From: Perkinsus olseni
Lineage: Eukaryota
NCBI GenBank assembly: GCA_013115125.1
Contig: JABANN010000343.1
Location: 1 to 37,225 of the forward strand
DNA: 37,225 nt
Direction of reading: 5' to 3'
Shown piece by piece: positions 23,640 through 35,908 of the stretch (the stretch's first letter is position 1; every line of letters begins with the position of its first letter). The position numbers and the translations under genes are program-made. The notes below the pieces were generated by a model. That model made no database searches and had not been told where the DNA came from. It saw only the letters and a list, made by a program, of their open reading frames with translations.

Positions 23640-25492
23640 GGCTCAGTTACCAAACCTCTGGTAATGACCCGTCGGCCGAACCTCGGAGGAGTTCTCAAAC
23701 CGAGCTCGATTCCATGGAAAGGAAAGACCCTTGTGCGCTCGAAGAGTTGCAAGATAGCGAGAAAGAGGGAATTTTCTTGAGACGGCAAAGGAATTTCAGC
23801 TTGGGAATGGTGGAATTTCTACCGCCAGACTCTACCCAGCCTCTCCGCCGAATCATCGCTGAACCAAGTTGAAACAGATCCAGTACCCCTGACACCTTCC
23901 GGTGGTTGGCGACAACGAGGCTCCGCATTTTGGCTGCGGACTCATTCGCATGCGGTAACTCAGCTCCAGCTTGACGGTACTCAATGCTTCGCACGTTTAG
24001 TTAGAAACACAGACGATGGAAACGTATAAATGAGGAGCTTCAAGCTGTTATGATTATGCAATTCACGCGTCCGCTTTGTCGCTCTGGCACATGGCAACGC
24101 TAGAGGAGAGTGCAGCAATCTTCCGGTACCTGAGGACAAACCAGCATGATGAACACGACGAACAGACAGCCCCCATCGTAGTGGGAACGCGAGTCGCATT
24201 ATGCGACCCTCCCTTACCTCAGAGACCCGCCAAAAGCGTGGGGCTCTTCGGGGGAATCGCTAGGCCAGATGAACCTAAAGGCAAGAGTTAACGGCTATAG
24301 CCACCGGCATATTAAATCCGCGCTCGCTTCTGACCGAAATCAGGTAACACCGTTGAGGTGTTCGATCATCTGTAGAGAACGACACATCCGGAACAGACTT
24401 CGGAGCTAGTCAAAGCCCCACAAACCCAAAGACTCAGCCGCCGCAGTAGCTCGAGAATTGCAAATTAGGTCCGGTGCGTTGCACTACCCCGTAGAAGCAT
24501 GTTAATAACAGTCCTACTCCAAAAGAGACGGCAAACTCCGCTCATTACTCGTTGTGGATGAATCTTACCGAGGGACCAGACTGCCTCGCCTACCCTGGCG
24601 AGGCTCTCGAACAGACATAATGGCCGACAAGAACTCAGAAGCATTATGAAAACAGGTTCGTTGATTCAATTGGCCCTTACAGCATCATCGGAGCGAATCA
24701 TGAGCTGCCTTACACCTTCCCATTATCATCCACAGCAGCACTGCACATGCACCCTGACGATATGGCAGTGAGCTCGGCGTCATCCGGTAGAGGGACTCGT
24801 CGGGGCGGTACGCACTCCAAGCTGCCCGTGGTGGTCGCTGGTGGTGGGCCTGATGAGAAGCACCATTAAGAATTGGAGTGTGCGGTGGCGCATTACCGAG
24901 TACGGTGAGGAGAGGGAGAGTATCCGCATCTTCCTCCATTGCCGAGGATGATTGCTCCGAGATGCTCACGGCTTCCGTACCGTCTCTGAGGAGCAGTACA
25001 CTAACCATTCGATTGGACGCACACGTCACAAAGAGCAGAGACAGAGTTGACTCGAGTGAGTACGCAAACGTCGCAAACTCGACCACAGTATAGTCAGCTT
25101 CCACGCCATAGGGAACGAACCATAATGATAGATCGTGGACCGTCAGCATCGGCTAAGGCAAGCAAGGAGCAGTGACAGTTCTAGGCTACTACGCGTTAAT
25201 AATTGCACTCTGAGGTGACCAACAGTGTCTTACTGTTGCAAGGTCGGCTCACTAATAGGGCTTGGGCCCACACCGGCTTGGAACACATCGCCAGGAATCG
25301 TCAATAGAATGGTAACCCAATTCCCGCAGGATACCTCTTCTATAGGGACCTAGGATGATGAGAAAGCGATGAAACTGGAAGCTGCCGCCTAGGCATGTTA
25401 TCACTGTGCTCTGCAGTAGGTTCCATCCGCCGTCTAGAGAGACTCGGTCTCCTGTACCTGAAAGTTGGACCGACAGAAATGAGCCTCTCCCT

Positions 25493-25522
<30 letters not shown>
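25493..25522. repeat. (CAG)10 microsatellite
   Basis: Ten perfect CAG units. Confidence 0.95.
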
Positions 25523-25523
<1 letters not shown>

Positions 25524-25853
25524 CTGGTAATGCCAACGGATGCTGTGGAGGGAGGATGTTCGACACACGAAGTGCTTGATGCCAGCAATAGAAGCGGTAG
25601 TCGCCAGACAAAGGCGGCGGTATGAACGACTACGGTGGAAGATAAAATAATCTTGCGCCGTTGCGAATGATACTTGTACGTGTGAAAGCTGTTAGGCGCT
25701 ACGCGAATTGAGAAAAGAGTGTTACTAGTAGAATCGGTACTTCTAGTAAAATATGATATTACAAGGGAGCACACTTTCCTCAACTGTTCTCGTCATATGC
25801 AGAACTCACATGAATCGATAAACTTTACACGCATACGTGAATGATCCACGGGA

Positions 25854-25886
25854 TTTCTTGCTGATCCACGGTGGATCAGCAAGAAA
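25854..25886. repeat. Perfect 16-bp inverted repeat with 1-nt spacer
   Basis: TTTCTTGCTGATCCAC G GTGGATCAGCAAGAAA. Confidence 0.95.
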
Positions 25887-27091
25887 CCAACAGGCGATCG
25901 CTCGAAAAATATTTTCCAGATCGAAACCAGAGAGAGTCGGTACTACCTAGCTGTCCGTGTTGATTGTTGCCCGTGGAAGCGAGCTGATTCTGTTGTCGAC
26001 TCAGTACCCAGGTGTGGGCGTATCCTGATGATACTTGTTTAACTTTGAAGGTAGGTGATATGGATACCATCACCGGCTCGAGGACCGTCTCAGAATGGGT
26101 CGAGGGTATCCCAAGCTGACCATACCTACACTCAGGATGTACCAAGCAGCTAGCAATCTACCACACCTGGGGGGGGCACTCATTCGATTTTGGAACCACA
26201 ATTTACGTGTAGAAATCGATACTGAGCTTCGAGAACCATTTTGTTGAACGAGAGCCTAACCCCTATAAACCGAGAGTAAAAGCAAGGCCGAGGGTGATTG
26301 AACATACCACCGACCGATGAGCGCTCACAACAAACGTTAGGCGGCTTGCCCGAGGGAAAAGTACAAGTCTAAGTGACTCGACAGGAGGGTCGGAAAATAA
26401 TCACAGAGCGGCTATTCAATCGAGCAACAGCTGAGATCCCGTTCGAGAACTTCTTCTTCATATCTTCACGAATGAGCCCAAATCGAGCAGGAGGATTCCG
26501 AGTGACTCCAACCCTGGATTTCGGATGGGCTTCGATCACACTTGAGGGCTACAATATCGGCCCTTCCCAAACTACCTGTTGTCTCCCCAAGCCCACAACT
26601 CGCCCTCAACAGTGATGGCGAAGGAACAGAAATACCCACAGGCTATTGACTCTATTCGTTCCGATGGCATGCAGGAAACCGGGGCTAGCTCGGGGTCGGA
26701 AGAACGCTCTCGCGGAGTTGATCGGCCCAGCTGGCCCTGAAGAGGAGCAGTGCGAATCAGAAGTTGCTGTGGAACCGTACATGTTGATTGCTGCCAGTTG
26801 AGAACAGGCGGCCATCGTCAGCAAGGACAAGAGTGTGCTCAGCACCGCATGCTATGGATTTAATTACGAATGGTGTGGTACGAGTCCTTCTGACATGTTC
26901 CATCAACGGACTTACGACATACCTGAGTTCACGAAGCAATACTCATTAAAATCATACGACCAGCTTCTACTAGGCTGACGTGCACGACGCCCAGGGAAGT
27001 ATCGCGTGCCGACGGGATGACTTTCGATAAATGTAGGTGCTCTTTTATGTGGTCAATACCCTGGCCGTCGTAAGGGAGCATCCACGCTCAT
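25876..27091 (-). CDS. RCC1-repeat protein, multi-exon (3' end uncertain)
   Basis: RCC1 repeats IKSIACGAEHTLVLADDGRLFSTGSNQH and YGQLG...VKQVSSGYAHTWVL...STGNNQHGQLG. Candidate ATG at 27091 with a nearby GT donor. Confidence 0.8.
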
Positions 27092-27117
27092 TGTCACACA
27101 CGGTGCCTTCACCCACG

Positions 27118-27931
27118 GTTCAGTGAAGTAATTCTGAAACTCAGAATCGATTCTGGAGTCGATTCTACACGTAAAAAGCGGTTCCAGAAATGTTTCTGAG
27201 TCTTAGAATTGGTCTATTGAATGATCTCCCGATCGCTACTCACTTTGTCGCCTCATACTATCGAACAATGGTAATTCTAACGATACTTTCATATTGTACA
27301 TGTCAACGTGGCGTTGCTAGGGTAAGTACTATGCATACCCTCAGACGGGCCCCTGTTTTGTGTGGCTCTTTGGTAGGTGTATAGAGGGACGTGTTGATCT
27401 CATGGTCTGTCTTGCGCCGCCGCCGCAGTGATGATGATGATCTGAAGGTTGTTGGGATCTCTTCCTAAGGACTTTCTTACCGGTTCGAAGCGGACGTCCA
27501 ACAATTCGATATATGATTCTGTGATATGAGAACACTAAGTCACCTATATGATATAGGCTATATTCCGTCATCCCCTTCCCAACTATAAGCTACAGTTCCT
27601 GTACTTCACAGGACCATGAAACGCAGATATCAAACCCTCCGTCAGTATTACTCAGTCACACTGGCAGACCTATCGTCCTCTCCTTCCTCCAGTACTGCCA
27701 ATCGGTGCCGGCAAGCGGTCATCGTTGTAGCCGATCGAGACGTTGCGATGGACCTAGTGTGCTCTCCATTATCTCTATCGTATGACAGGAGACTGATGGA
27801 TGTGGTCGAATCAGCCATTGGAGATGTTCAGCAAAACAGTTCTAAAGTTCAAAATCCATCCTGGAACCAAATTATGCGGGTAAAAATCAATTCTGAAATT
27901 GATTCTAGGCTTGAGAATTAGTGTCATGAAC
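27118..27931. repeat. ~810 bp segment bounded by ~120 bp degenerate inverted repeats (MITE-like or inverted promoter duplication)
   Basis: 27118-27237 aligns colinearly with the reverse complement of 27813-27931. Shared blocks: GTTCA, TAATTCT, AGAATC, GGTTCCAG, TTAGAA, ATCTCC. Confidence 0.65.
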
Positions 27932-28950
27932 AGAGAGGTTGTGAGGTAGCTAGCAGCATCATTCGCTTGTCTGAGGCCTCGTCATTCTGCGCTGGCATTC
28001 ACAAGAAGTTGCGACGAAAAAATACACTGGCCGGGATTCGAACCTGGGAGGGTTCGCACAGGAATTTTTTTCGGGCGCCCTAAATTTGTCACGAATGTTG
28101 CAACTCGTTGCTAAAACTTGGAAACTTGCAACACTTTCGATGTTAGCAGCACGCATAAACATATGAAAAATAGGTTGGAAGAAGTCTCAATGTTAGCTCA
28201 ATGTGATTCGTGCGTCTTTGGAACTCTTACTGTGAAGAACTACTGTGACCTATGACTATGTACGATGGCTTGCGTTAACTATAAGGGTCACATCAAGCAC
28301 TCATTGCTCAACACGGATGTCACAAATATCCTGCGGTTGTCAATAAACTAATCAGTGATGTCACTAATCGCTTCCAAAGTTCTAAGAGAGTGTACGTAAG
28401 GCCATGTTACTAAAAGTTAGTAACTAACTGACTTGAAGCACAAATGAACTGTATTGCTGAGTCCAATCTCAACTGCAGGTTAAAACTTATTCGTAGGACA
28501 AAAAAGAAACAAAGGACTGCGGGTGAGCCGAGAAAAGGGTAACCCGAAATCCCACCCGAAACCCGACAGAGCAACCAGAAACCCGAACTGTTATCCAAGG
28601 CCAAGCTGCTCACAAGGGAACCAGAAACCCGAGCTGTTAGGTGGCTGAAGGCGGGAGAACAAATTTGGTGCAAGTGGTACAAAAAAGACGCACGGGCTAA
28701 AAAAGCTTTGACATCGTTAACAAAAGTGTTGCAACCTTCGGCAACACCTTTCCCATTTTACGGAACCTCTGAATATATTGTTCCTTCCTTCGAAAATGCA
28801 CTTCCTCCTGAGAGAAAGCATTCTACAAATTCTGACATAAAATGCTTTTCGCAATACACGCCGTATATCATCATTCGTCCCTTCGCCTTATTGCTAGCAG
28901 CTGCCCCCGCGAGTCGTTTTATTATCGTTTAGTTCTCTCTTCCCTCCGTC

Positions 28951-31498
28951 ATGGAAGATCCCCTCCCTCTTTCCCACGAGATTATATCCCAGGGGCTAGC
29001 CAGACTGGAACGTACTAAATGCCGTCACGTGACGCAGAGGCGTTCGCGTGATGGACCTTTGGCTGTGGCTGTTTTCTGTGCACTACCATCATCGGTGTGG
29101 CTTTCTCTCCCCACCATCACGTGGGATCCCACCAGATTAGGGCGTGATGGCTATAATGTGAGCAAATGCATATTGTCGAGGGAAAAGCCCATCATGAGAA
29201 TTTTATCCTTCAGTGAAACCGACGGTAATTCGTTGGTAGAGTCAATAGTAAGATGAGCCATGTAACGTAACGTACACTCTTTATTGCCATTGCTAGGTAC
29301 AGTGGATGGTACTGGTTATGCCTTCATCCGACTGGATTGCTCGGATAAGGGCATCACTGACCTTGCCGAGGAAGTCGACACGCTGAAGCACCTCAGGTGA
29401 TAAGAGTGGACGGGAGAGGGGGCCTTACTCGCCTTCATTCAGGCAAATTAATTTAAGGTCGAATCTACTCACGGACGTATCGAGACTCTCGACTCTACCC
29501 CACCTACTGTCACTGGATCTCAGCAACAACAAAATCACTACAATGGACAGCCTTTTCCAGCCGGGGGTAATACCGCACGTTTCCCTCATCCTCGAGGAAG
29601 TCAGAAAGTATACTTGGCACAGAAAGAAATTGACACCAGTCATTCACATCTGAGTACATTCAGTGAGGCTGTATGAACCACGGCCAGCATTGCCGGGCTA
29701 GCGACTTATTGCTGAAGTTCATACCACTTCTCGCCTAGCTCTGAGTACCGTCCATTCTCAGTGCCTACCATGGTCCCAATACATCGACCTCTCCCACAAT
29801 TCCATCACTTCCATCTGCCCTCTAGCCGCCATGACCAGATTGAGGTCTCTCAAATTGAACGCAAATAGCATCGAGGATATCACCAGGTCGGCTGTCTCCC
29901 TGTCGCCCCGAGCATCACTATTTTCTCACAGGGTCTCGCCCGATGGTCATACCGCCCTCGAGGAGCTCGATCTCAGCGATAATTCTCTGACAACTTTGAA
30001 TGGCATCAACAACTTGCCCAAACTCAAGTACTAGTTTGCTCTGTTATACCGTCAACTTCTGTGGTAAGATCGATTTTTCTTCAAGAAAACTGCGGAATTC
30101 TCGTAGTTTTTTTCGGCCATTCACGGCGTAATTGTCACCCGCCTTCCTTGGCCAGACTTATTTTTACCCGCGTACTTTGACTCGTGAAAGTGTCTTTGGA
30201 AACTCCAAAGATTTCCGACGCATTTTTCGGTTTAGTTAAAATACTGTCCCGAGAGCCCTCCTGAGCAGGTTTCTGCGAGTGGCCTCGAATCAGCTCACTC
30301 ACGTAGGGGAGGATGCTCTGCAGGGCCTGGACCAGTTGCAGGTAGGGTTGGATATCTCACTGGTCTTGCCCGTGTCAATATCAGCTACTCGATCTGCATG
30401 GTGGTAATACTTTGCTTACCCTCACTGGTAAGCCGATCGAGAAGCCTGCCGAGGATGGCGAGGAGGATGGTGGAGAACAGCAGGAGGAAGTAGTACCGGT
30501 TGGATCGATCCTTGTTAAGCGAAACTCGTGCCGCCTCGTGGGTATACAGCTATGCTTACTCCTAGGGAGAAGGCGCTCCATCTTGGGATAGAGTATGCTT
30601 CTCCCTCCGACCGCATGACAGTGCTTTTCCCGTGACAGATCCCTCCACCGTCGCCGCGAAGTCTGCCTAAGTTCCCCCCGCTCCCCTCATTGAAGACTCT
30701 CAACTTAAGCTCCACCCAATTCGGTGCTGAGAGCCCAGCGGACATTCTGGCGGCCGTCCTCACAACCAGCTCTGGAGACCGTGCTCTTCCAGTAGGGAAC
30801 GGACCCTAGTTTTATCGGCGTTGCTCTTATGCTAGCATCAGTGTCGGGCCTCTTTCCGTGTGCTCTTTCTTAGGAGCTCAGGGAGATCGATATAACCGAC
30901 ACTCCTGCCCTAGCTGCGATGGGTGATGATGTCAAGGCCGAGCTGCTATTAGTACTACCAAAGACACTTCGTACCGTCAACGGAGAGGTACTCCTGGACC
31001 GATGCTACAGCCCGCGGGACAGTACACGCTATCCCACCCGATGATTATATTCTTTCGGAAAGTATCACATATTCTCTTTCTGTATACTAGGAAGCGGCGC
31101 GGGCACGGGGGACCTATAGCCGTCTAAGCTGTTCCCAGGAGACATCGAACTGCCTCAATGGCGTTATAAGCGACCAGTCGACATTATAAACCGCTCCACG
31201 TGGAGAGCTCGAGTCCGAAGTATATCACAATATGAGTATAAATCGGATGAACTGTATCTTAACGGAGCCGCCTGCTGTCGGTTCTGAGTCCGTGACTCTG
31301 CGGTGCGGTTGGAATTTTGCAAGCGACTTAGCCTTTCTTCACTAGTGACTGTTGCAGGCTCTCACACTCGAGGATTTGAAGGCGTCTGAGGACCTGCAGC
31401 AGGCAAGGATAGCTGAGCGGGAGGAGAAGGAATGGTTGGCGGCGGAGGTACTCAACCGTTGGTCTTCGAACATCTCCGTACCTGGAATACTACATTAG
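28951..31498 (+). CDS. LRRC23-like leucine-rich repeat ciliary protein, multi-exon
   Basis: Spliced N-terminus LSHEIISQGLARLERTVDGTGYAFIRLDCSDKGITDL..LKHLR resembles the LRRC23/LRGUK start. SDS22-type LRRs: LLSLDLSNNKI, IDLSHNSI, LRSLKLNANSI, LEELDLSDNSL. LRR cap LPKTLRTVNGE. Last exon uncertain. Confidence 0.75.
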
Positions 31499-32099
31499 TA
31501 TTCTGACAGCGGCATGGAGCCTGAGTATTGTTAGTGAGGCGGACTATCCGTCGGTGACCACAACGGTGAGCGCGACCTGTGGTCGGCTGGACTACAGCCC
31601 TGGTATTGGTCGGACGACCACACCTTGCCGAAAAAAAAGTTAGTTAAGTTACGCTCAGAAATTATAATCAACAGAATCGAGTATGGTAGAACAGGAGAGT
31701 TTTTAACGCCATTCAAGTGGTTTCGACCTTCTTGTCAATATATCCGTCGAATAGGTCTCTGTAGGCAATATCATATATTTTCTCGTTGTTATGGATGATA
31801 AGAATACATAGTTTGTTCTGTATTTATTTTCTTCGACGGAGACCTTCAGTTATTATCACCGCTGACTGAAGATTGGTTCTCTCCAAAGGTTGAGTATATG
31901 GTGTCCCGGACCGGGACTCCCGATATTTTAGGGTCCGCTACTTTCAGGCGCGAGCCGTTGCTGAGGATGCCGAGCGCGTAGCCGAGGAATGATACATGTA
32001 TCGTTGCATGCTGTGTCGTCTCCATCATGGAAAGTTCCTGTCGTGTTGATGCTATTTCTCGTGCGAGTAGTTGTTCAGTTGGTCTCGTTACTGTTTGAC

Positions 32100-32848
32100 A
32101 TGAGCGTAAGTGAAGGAGAGCGAGAGGTTCAACAGCAACAGCAGCATCTCAAGGTCGACTACAGCAAGCCCTACGCTAAGAGACGGCCGGACGAACCGAG
32201 GAGCCACTACGCTCAGAGACTGAAGTTCATTAATGAGCTCATAAGAGGGATGGGAGATAGTAATGAGGGAGGCGGCGAGGCTAGCGTTGAGGAGAATGGA
32301 CTCTCCAAAAGGGAGCGTCGTTCTTCCTCGTTCTGTGTGGCTGACGGAGGGTATGGGTCAGTTCTTTGAATCGTGTTACGAATATGGAGTGGATCCTGTC
32401 TAGCCTTCGACAGGGTCATGGTGTCAATGTATATGATCAATGGAATCCGTATATCGTATGACGCGTAGCAGTCTCCACGAAATTACTTACCTTGTCCCTT
32501 GCGATTTACGACTAGATCGCCCCGTGAAGTTGAAGTCCAAATGGCTGGCGCATTGAGGCAAATTCCCATTTACTGGCGTGCTGCGGTCCGAGCCGCTATC
32601 ATGGTGTTCGGTCGCCCTATTGTATTGGTTGCATTGTGTCTCTGTCAGGTCTGTCTGATGATAGAATTGACGTACTGAGTAATTGTTACACCAACGTGAA
32701 GTTCCTGAACAATAAGTATCATCCTGAGATCATGGAGATCCTGGAGAAGTATGATCCGGATGTTGGAAGCGTTATCAACAGTCGCCATAGTATAGCACAT
32801 TGGAAGACACCGACGGCCGATCATGGACAACAACAACAGGCCCGCTAG
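32100..32848 (+). CDS. Small XTBD-like (XRN2-binding domain) protein, 2 exons, 119 aa
   Basis: Exons 32100-32259 and 32649-32848 join in frame via GT-AG. The product reads KRRPDEPRSHYAQRLKFI..SLSDDRIDVLSNCYTNVKFLNNKYHPEIMEIL, matching the XTBD pattern R..E...hW..R..Fi...rl..Ls...N..fl.C.Y...vm. Confidence 0.65.
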
Positions 32849-35062
32849 AGGAGAGTAAATTACGTCTCGTATATCACTGTGTCTTGGGAGTTGGGGGAGT
32901 TGTGGTATGAAGGTCCAACACATCCTCAGTTTGTTTTGTTTGCCCTCGCCCTCCACCTTCATGGTCTCCAGTGATGGCGTGATATCCCCTGAGGGCAACA
33001 GGACCCAGGCCCCTCTAGCCCTGCTCACTGATATCTATCACCAGCGTAACAGAGGTCTGCGCAGGTCTTCTCCTCAAACTTCCCGAAGGTAACAACACCT
33101 GAGCAAGTCTTAAGTTACTGCATGTTACAACGTGGTCGTTGGATTGCCATCGAAGACCTCGTATACGAAACTATTTAACTAGGTCTTCGAGACGTACTGA
33201 ATGTATTCCGGTTCGGGTGTGATACCCGATAGTCCATGGGAGAACTTCGAGTTCGAGGCGAGCTAAACACCGACGATGGACAACATGAATACTGTATGGG
33301 TATATTCAATTATGACAATGATTTATAGCTCAAATTTGGGTGCATAACAACACTCAGTCGCACATTCAGTCGGATTCTCATCCCGCTTGTTGCAGCCCTT
33401 TCTGGTCTCTGAGATTCGGTCGCAGTACCACGCCGATATCCGACGATTGCCCTAAGGGTCGGTATCTCTGTCGTCGCCCGTGTGCCTAGTCTCGGTCGCC
33501 TTGGAACTTGTCTGTTATCAGGAGGAGCTCACCGGTGTATCAGCAGCCCCTCCGACGCATCGATTCAGCTCCGGCCTGGGGCCTTCTTACGACCTCCTAC
33601 GTCACGACACCTTGCAGCACTCGCCATGACCATCTCCGGCGTTATAACGTACTCAATCGGCTCCCGTCTGCTGAGCTTGAACTCCTATTCAGTCCTGCCA
33701 GCCGACCCGTCGCACGCCTCGCCCGATCGAGTACGGGTCTATCCATGTGATGTCCGCCAGGAGTGCTACTATGTAAGTGTATACCGTCGTGAGAGGCTCT
33801 CTCGCATGGACTTACGCCCTCAAGTACCCTGCTCTCTGAAATCTCATGCTTTACTGCGTGAATAACCTCACCATACAGCTTCTGTATGGCGAGGTTATTC
33901 CCTTGGTGCGGATTGCTTTGTACAGTGCTTTCGTCTAGGAGGAGGGAAGGTACGAGGGCGCGCCGCACGACCTACATGGCGGCCCCGCAGCCGCTGCGTC
34001 CTTCCGCACAGGTAGGCTCCCACGCTCGGGTAAGCGCTCATAAGTTCTTTATCAGAGACACACGGCTCGGCCGCACCATTCTCCTGGGAAGCCATTGCCG
34101 ACTCTTATGGAGCCCGAATGGTCTTCGAGGAGCACCGGCAGTAGCTCTGGTGGCGTGGTCTCGGCCTGGAGCGATTTAGGCGACCGTGACGCTGTCCCCA
34201 TTGAGGGTCAGATCCGCCCGGTCATAACGTACACACATCACTGTGCCTGCGGCGGCTATGTTTTCCGGAAGGAACTTTAATCCTCGAGCATCGTCCTTGT
34301 GCAGGGCGGAGCGAAGCGTGCAATGTCTTTTATTTTTGTGAATCGCCCAGTCCGATTTTGATGAGGACCATGCCGGGATACAAGTTGACTCGTGTGAACA
34401 GTCGGCTCCCGTTTACTCATGCTGTTCTTCTGTTGTAGCTATAAGTGATTTGGTAAGCCCCGCCAGACTAAATACTGTTGTTGTGAACAGTAGACTCACT
34501 TGCCCTCTTGAGAAATCTCGCATTTCCTCAAGTGGTCGATGATAACAACAGCTACACTGCTACTCTAATGAGATGCTTCCCCACAATTTTAACTGATTAG
34601 TTTTCAACGAGTGTACATATGCCTGGTTTGTTCTGTTGAACTTAGTATCTTAGCTGTTGGATTTGAGTTGCCGCAGTAGGCTTGGGGGAGTATACACGGC
34701 GTATGGGTGATCTCGCAGGGGAAGGCCAAAAATATTGTGATCGTATATATTAATAAAATAACATGTAATCGCTACCTCAATCTATATCATAACAAATCCA
34801 AGGAAGCGCGCGACAGTCACGAAAAAACCCGTGGATTGCAACAAGATCTCCAAAAACGTTTCCTTGGGATTTGTACTCCTTTCTCCCTCGTTTTCTGGGA
34901 ATCACCCGTGATCTCGAGCAACAGCGTGTCGTACTCCCCTCGTCTCTACTCACGCTTGCCTGACGTGGGCGCCCGGGATGGTCGTGTGTGTGAGGTAGTA
35001 GTCCAACGCTTACGGTTCCGGCTTACTTAGACGCTTGCCGATGTGCACAGTTGGAGACTTTC

Positions 35063-35108
35063 TGTGGCGTTGTGGGATGGTCGTGTGTGGCGTTGTGGGA
35101 TGGTCATG
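35063..35108. repeat. 23-bp tandem duplication
   Basis: TGTGGCGTTGTGGGATGGTC(G/A)TG twice, plus a partial copy near 34975. Confidence 0.85.
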
Positions 35109-35908
35109 TGAGCTTCGAACGGTGAAGTACAAGAAACGACGCAACGGAAGCGGATCGTGGTAAGAATCCGATGTGAGAGTTCGCAGAGACGGAACGCGCA
35201 CGAGAGTTTGCGTGCGACTAGTCGTTCTATCGAGACCGCAGCACTTCCTCGGAGTGCGATGCTAGAGGTAGCAACTAGCGATGAATGCTACCATGAGATA
35301 GTATGACCGTGAGGACGGCGGATGTAAGCTCGACCCACCCCCTGCTTGATGTGGAGATAGGATACTATAGACTGCCGGCTCTACCCAAACCAGGTATGGA
35401 CCGGGCAGTTAACCGTGGTGGCTTGCAACTACTAGTTGGCAATGGACACAGGCTGCTGACTTTGACTCTTATGCGTGTTAAACAGGTCGGGGCAGAGCCA
35501 CCCGCTGTTCACACTCCCCTGCATCTTGCGCTTATCGTCCTTGATTTGCTGAGAAGAACTGCGTCATGAGTAGTGACCGGCGCCACAGTTCGGCGCTGGC
35601 GTACGCAACTCTAGCTAGCGTGCGTTAGTCGCCTTAGAGAAGTCCTTTAAGAACACAACACCACAGGACGGAAGGGACGAGCTAAACCACACAGACTCGG
35701 TTAATCGACATGATTCAATCGAGCTACTGCTGTGATATGCCATAAGACATAGTGGATACCAGGGAATCGCTCTACCTAAACTGTCATCAGGAAAAAGTTA
35801 TTGGCCCTGATCACACCGTGATGGTGATCGCCAACAATAATGTCAAGTTAGTATGAGAGGGTGACTAATGTTACTGACAACTAACTCGAATAAAGCAATA
35901 TAGTCGCT

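Noticed and set aside
33400-34300. Several ~100-aa ORFs on both strands
   Set aside because: No consistent frame, motif or splice pattern that I could support.
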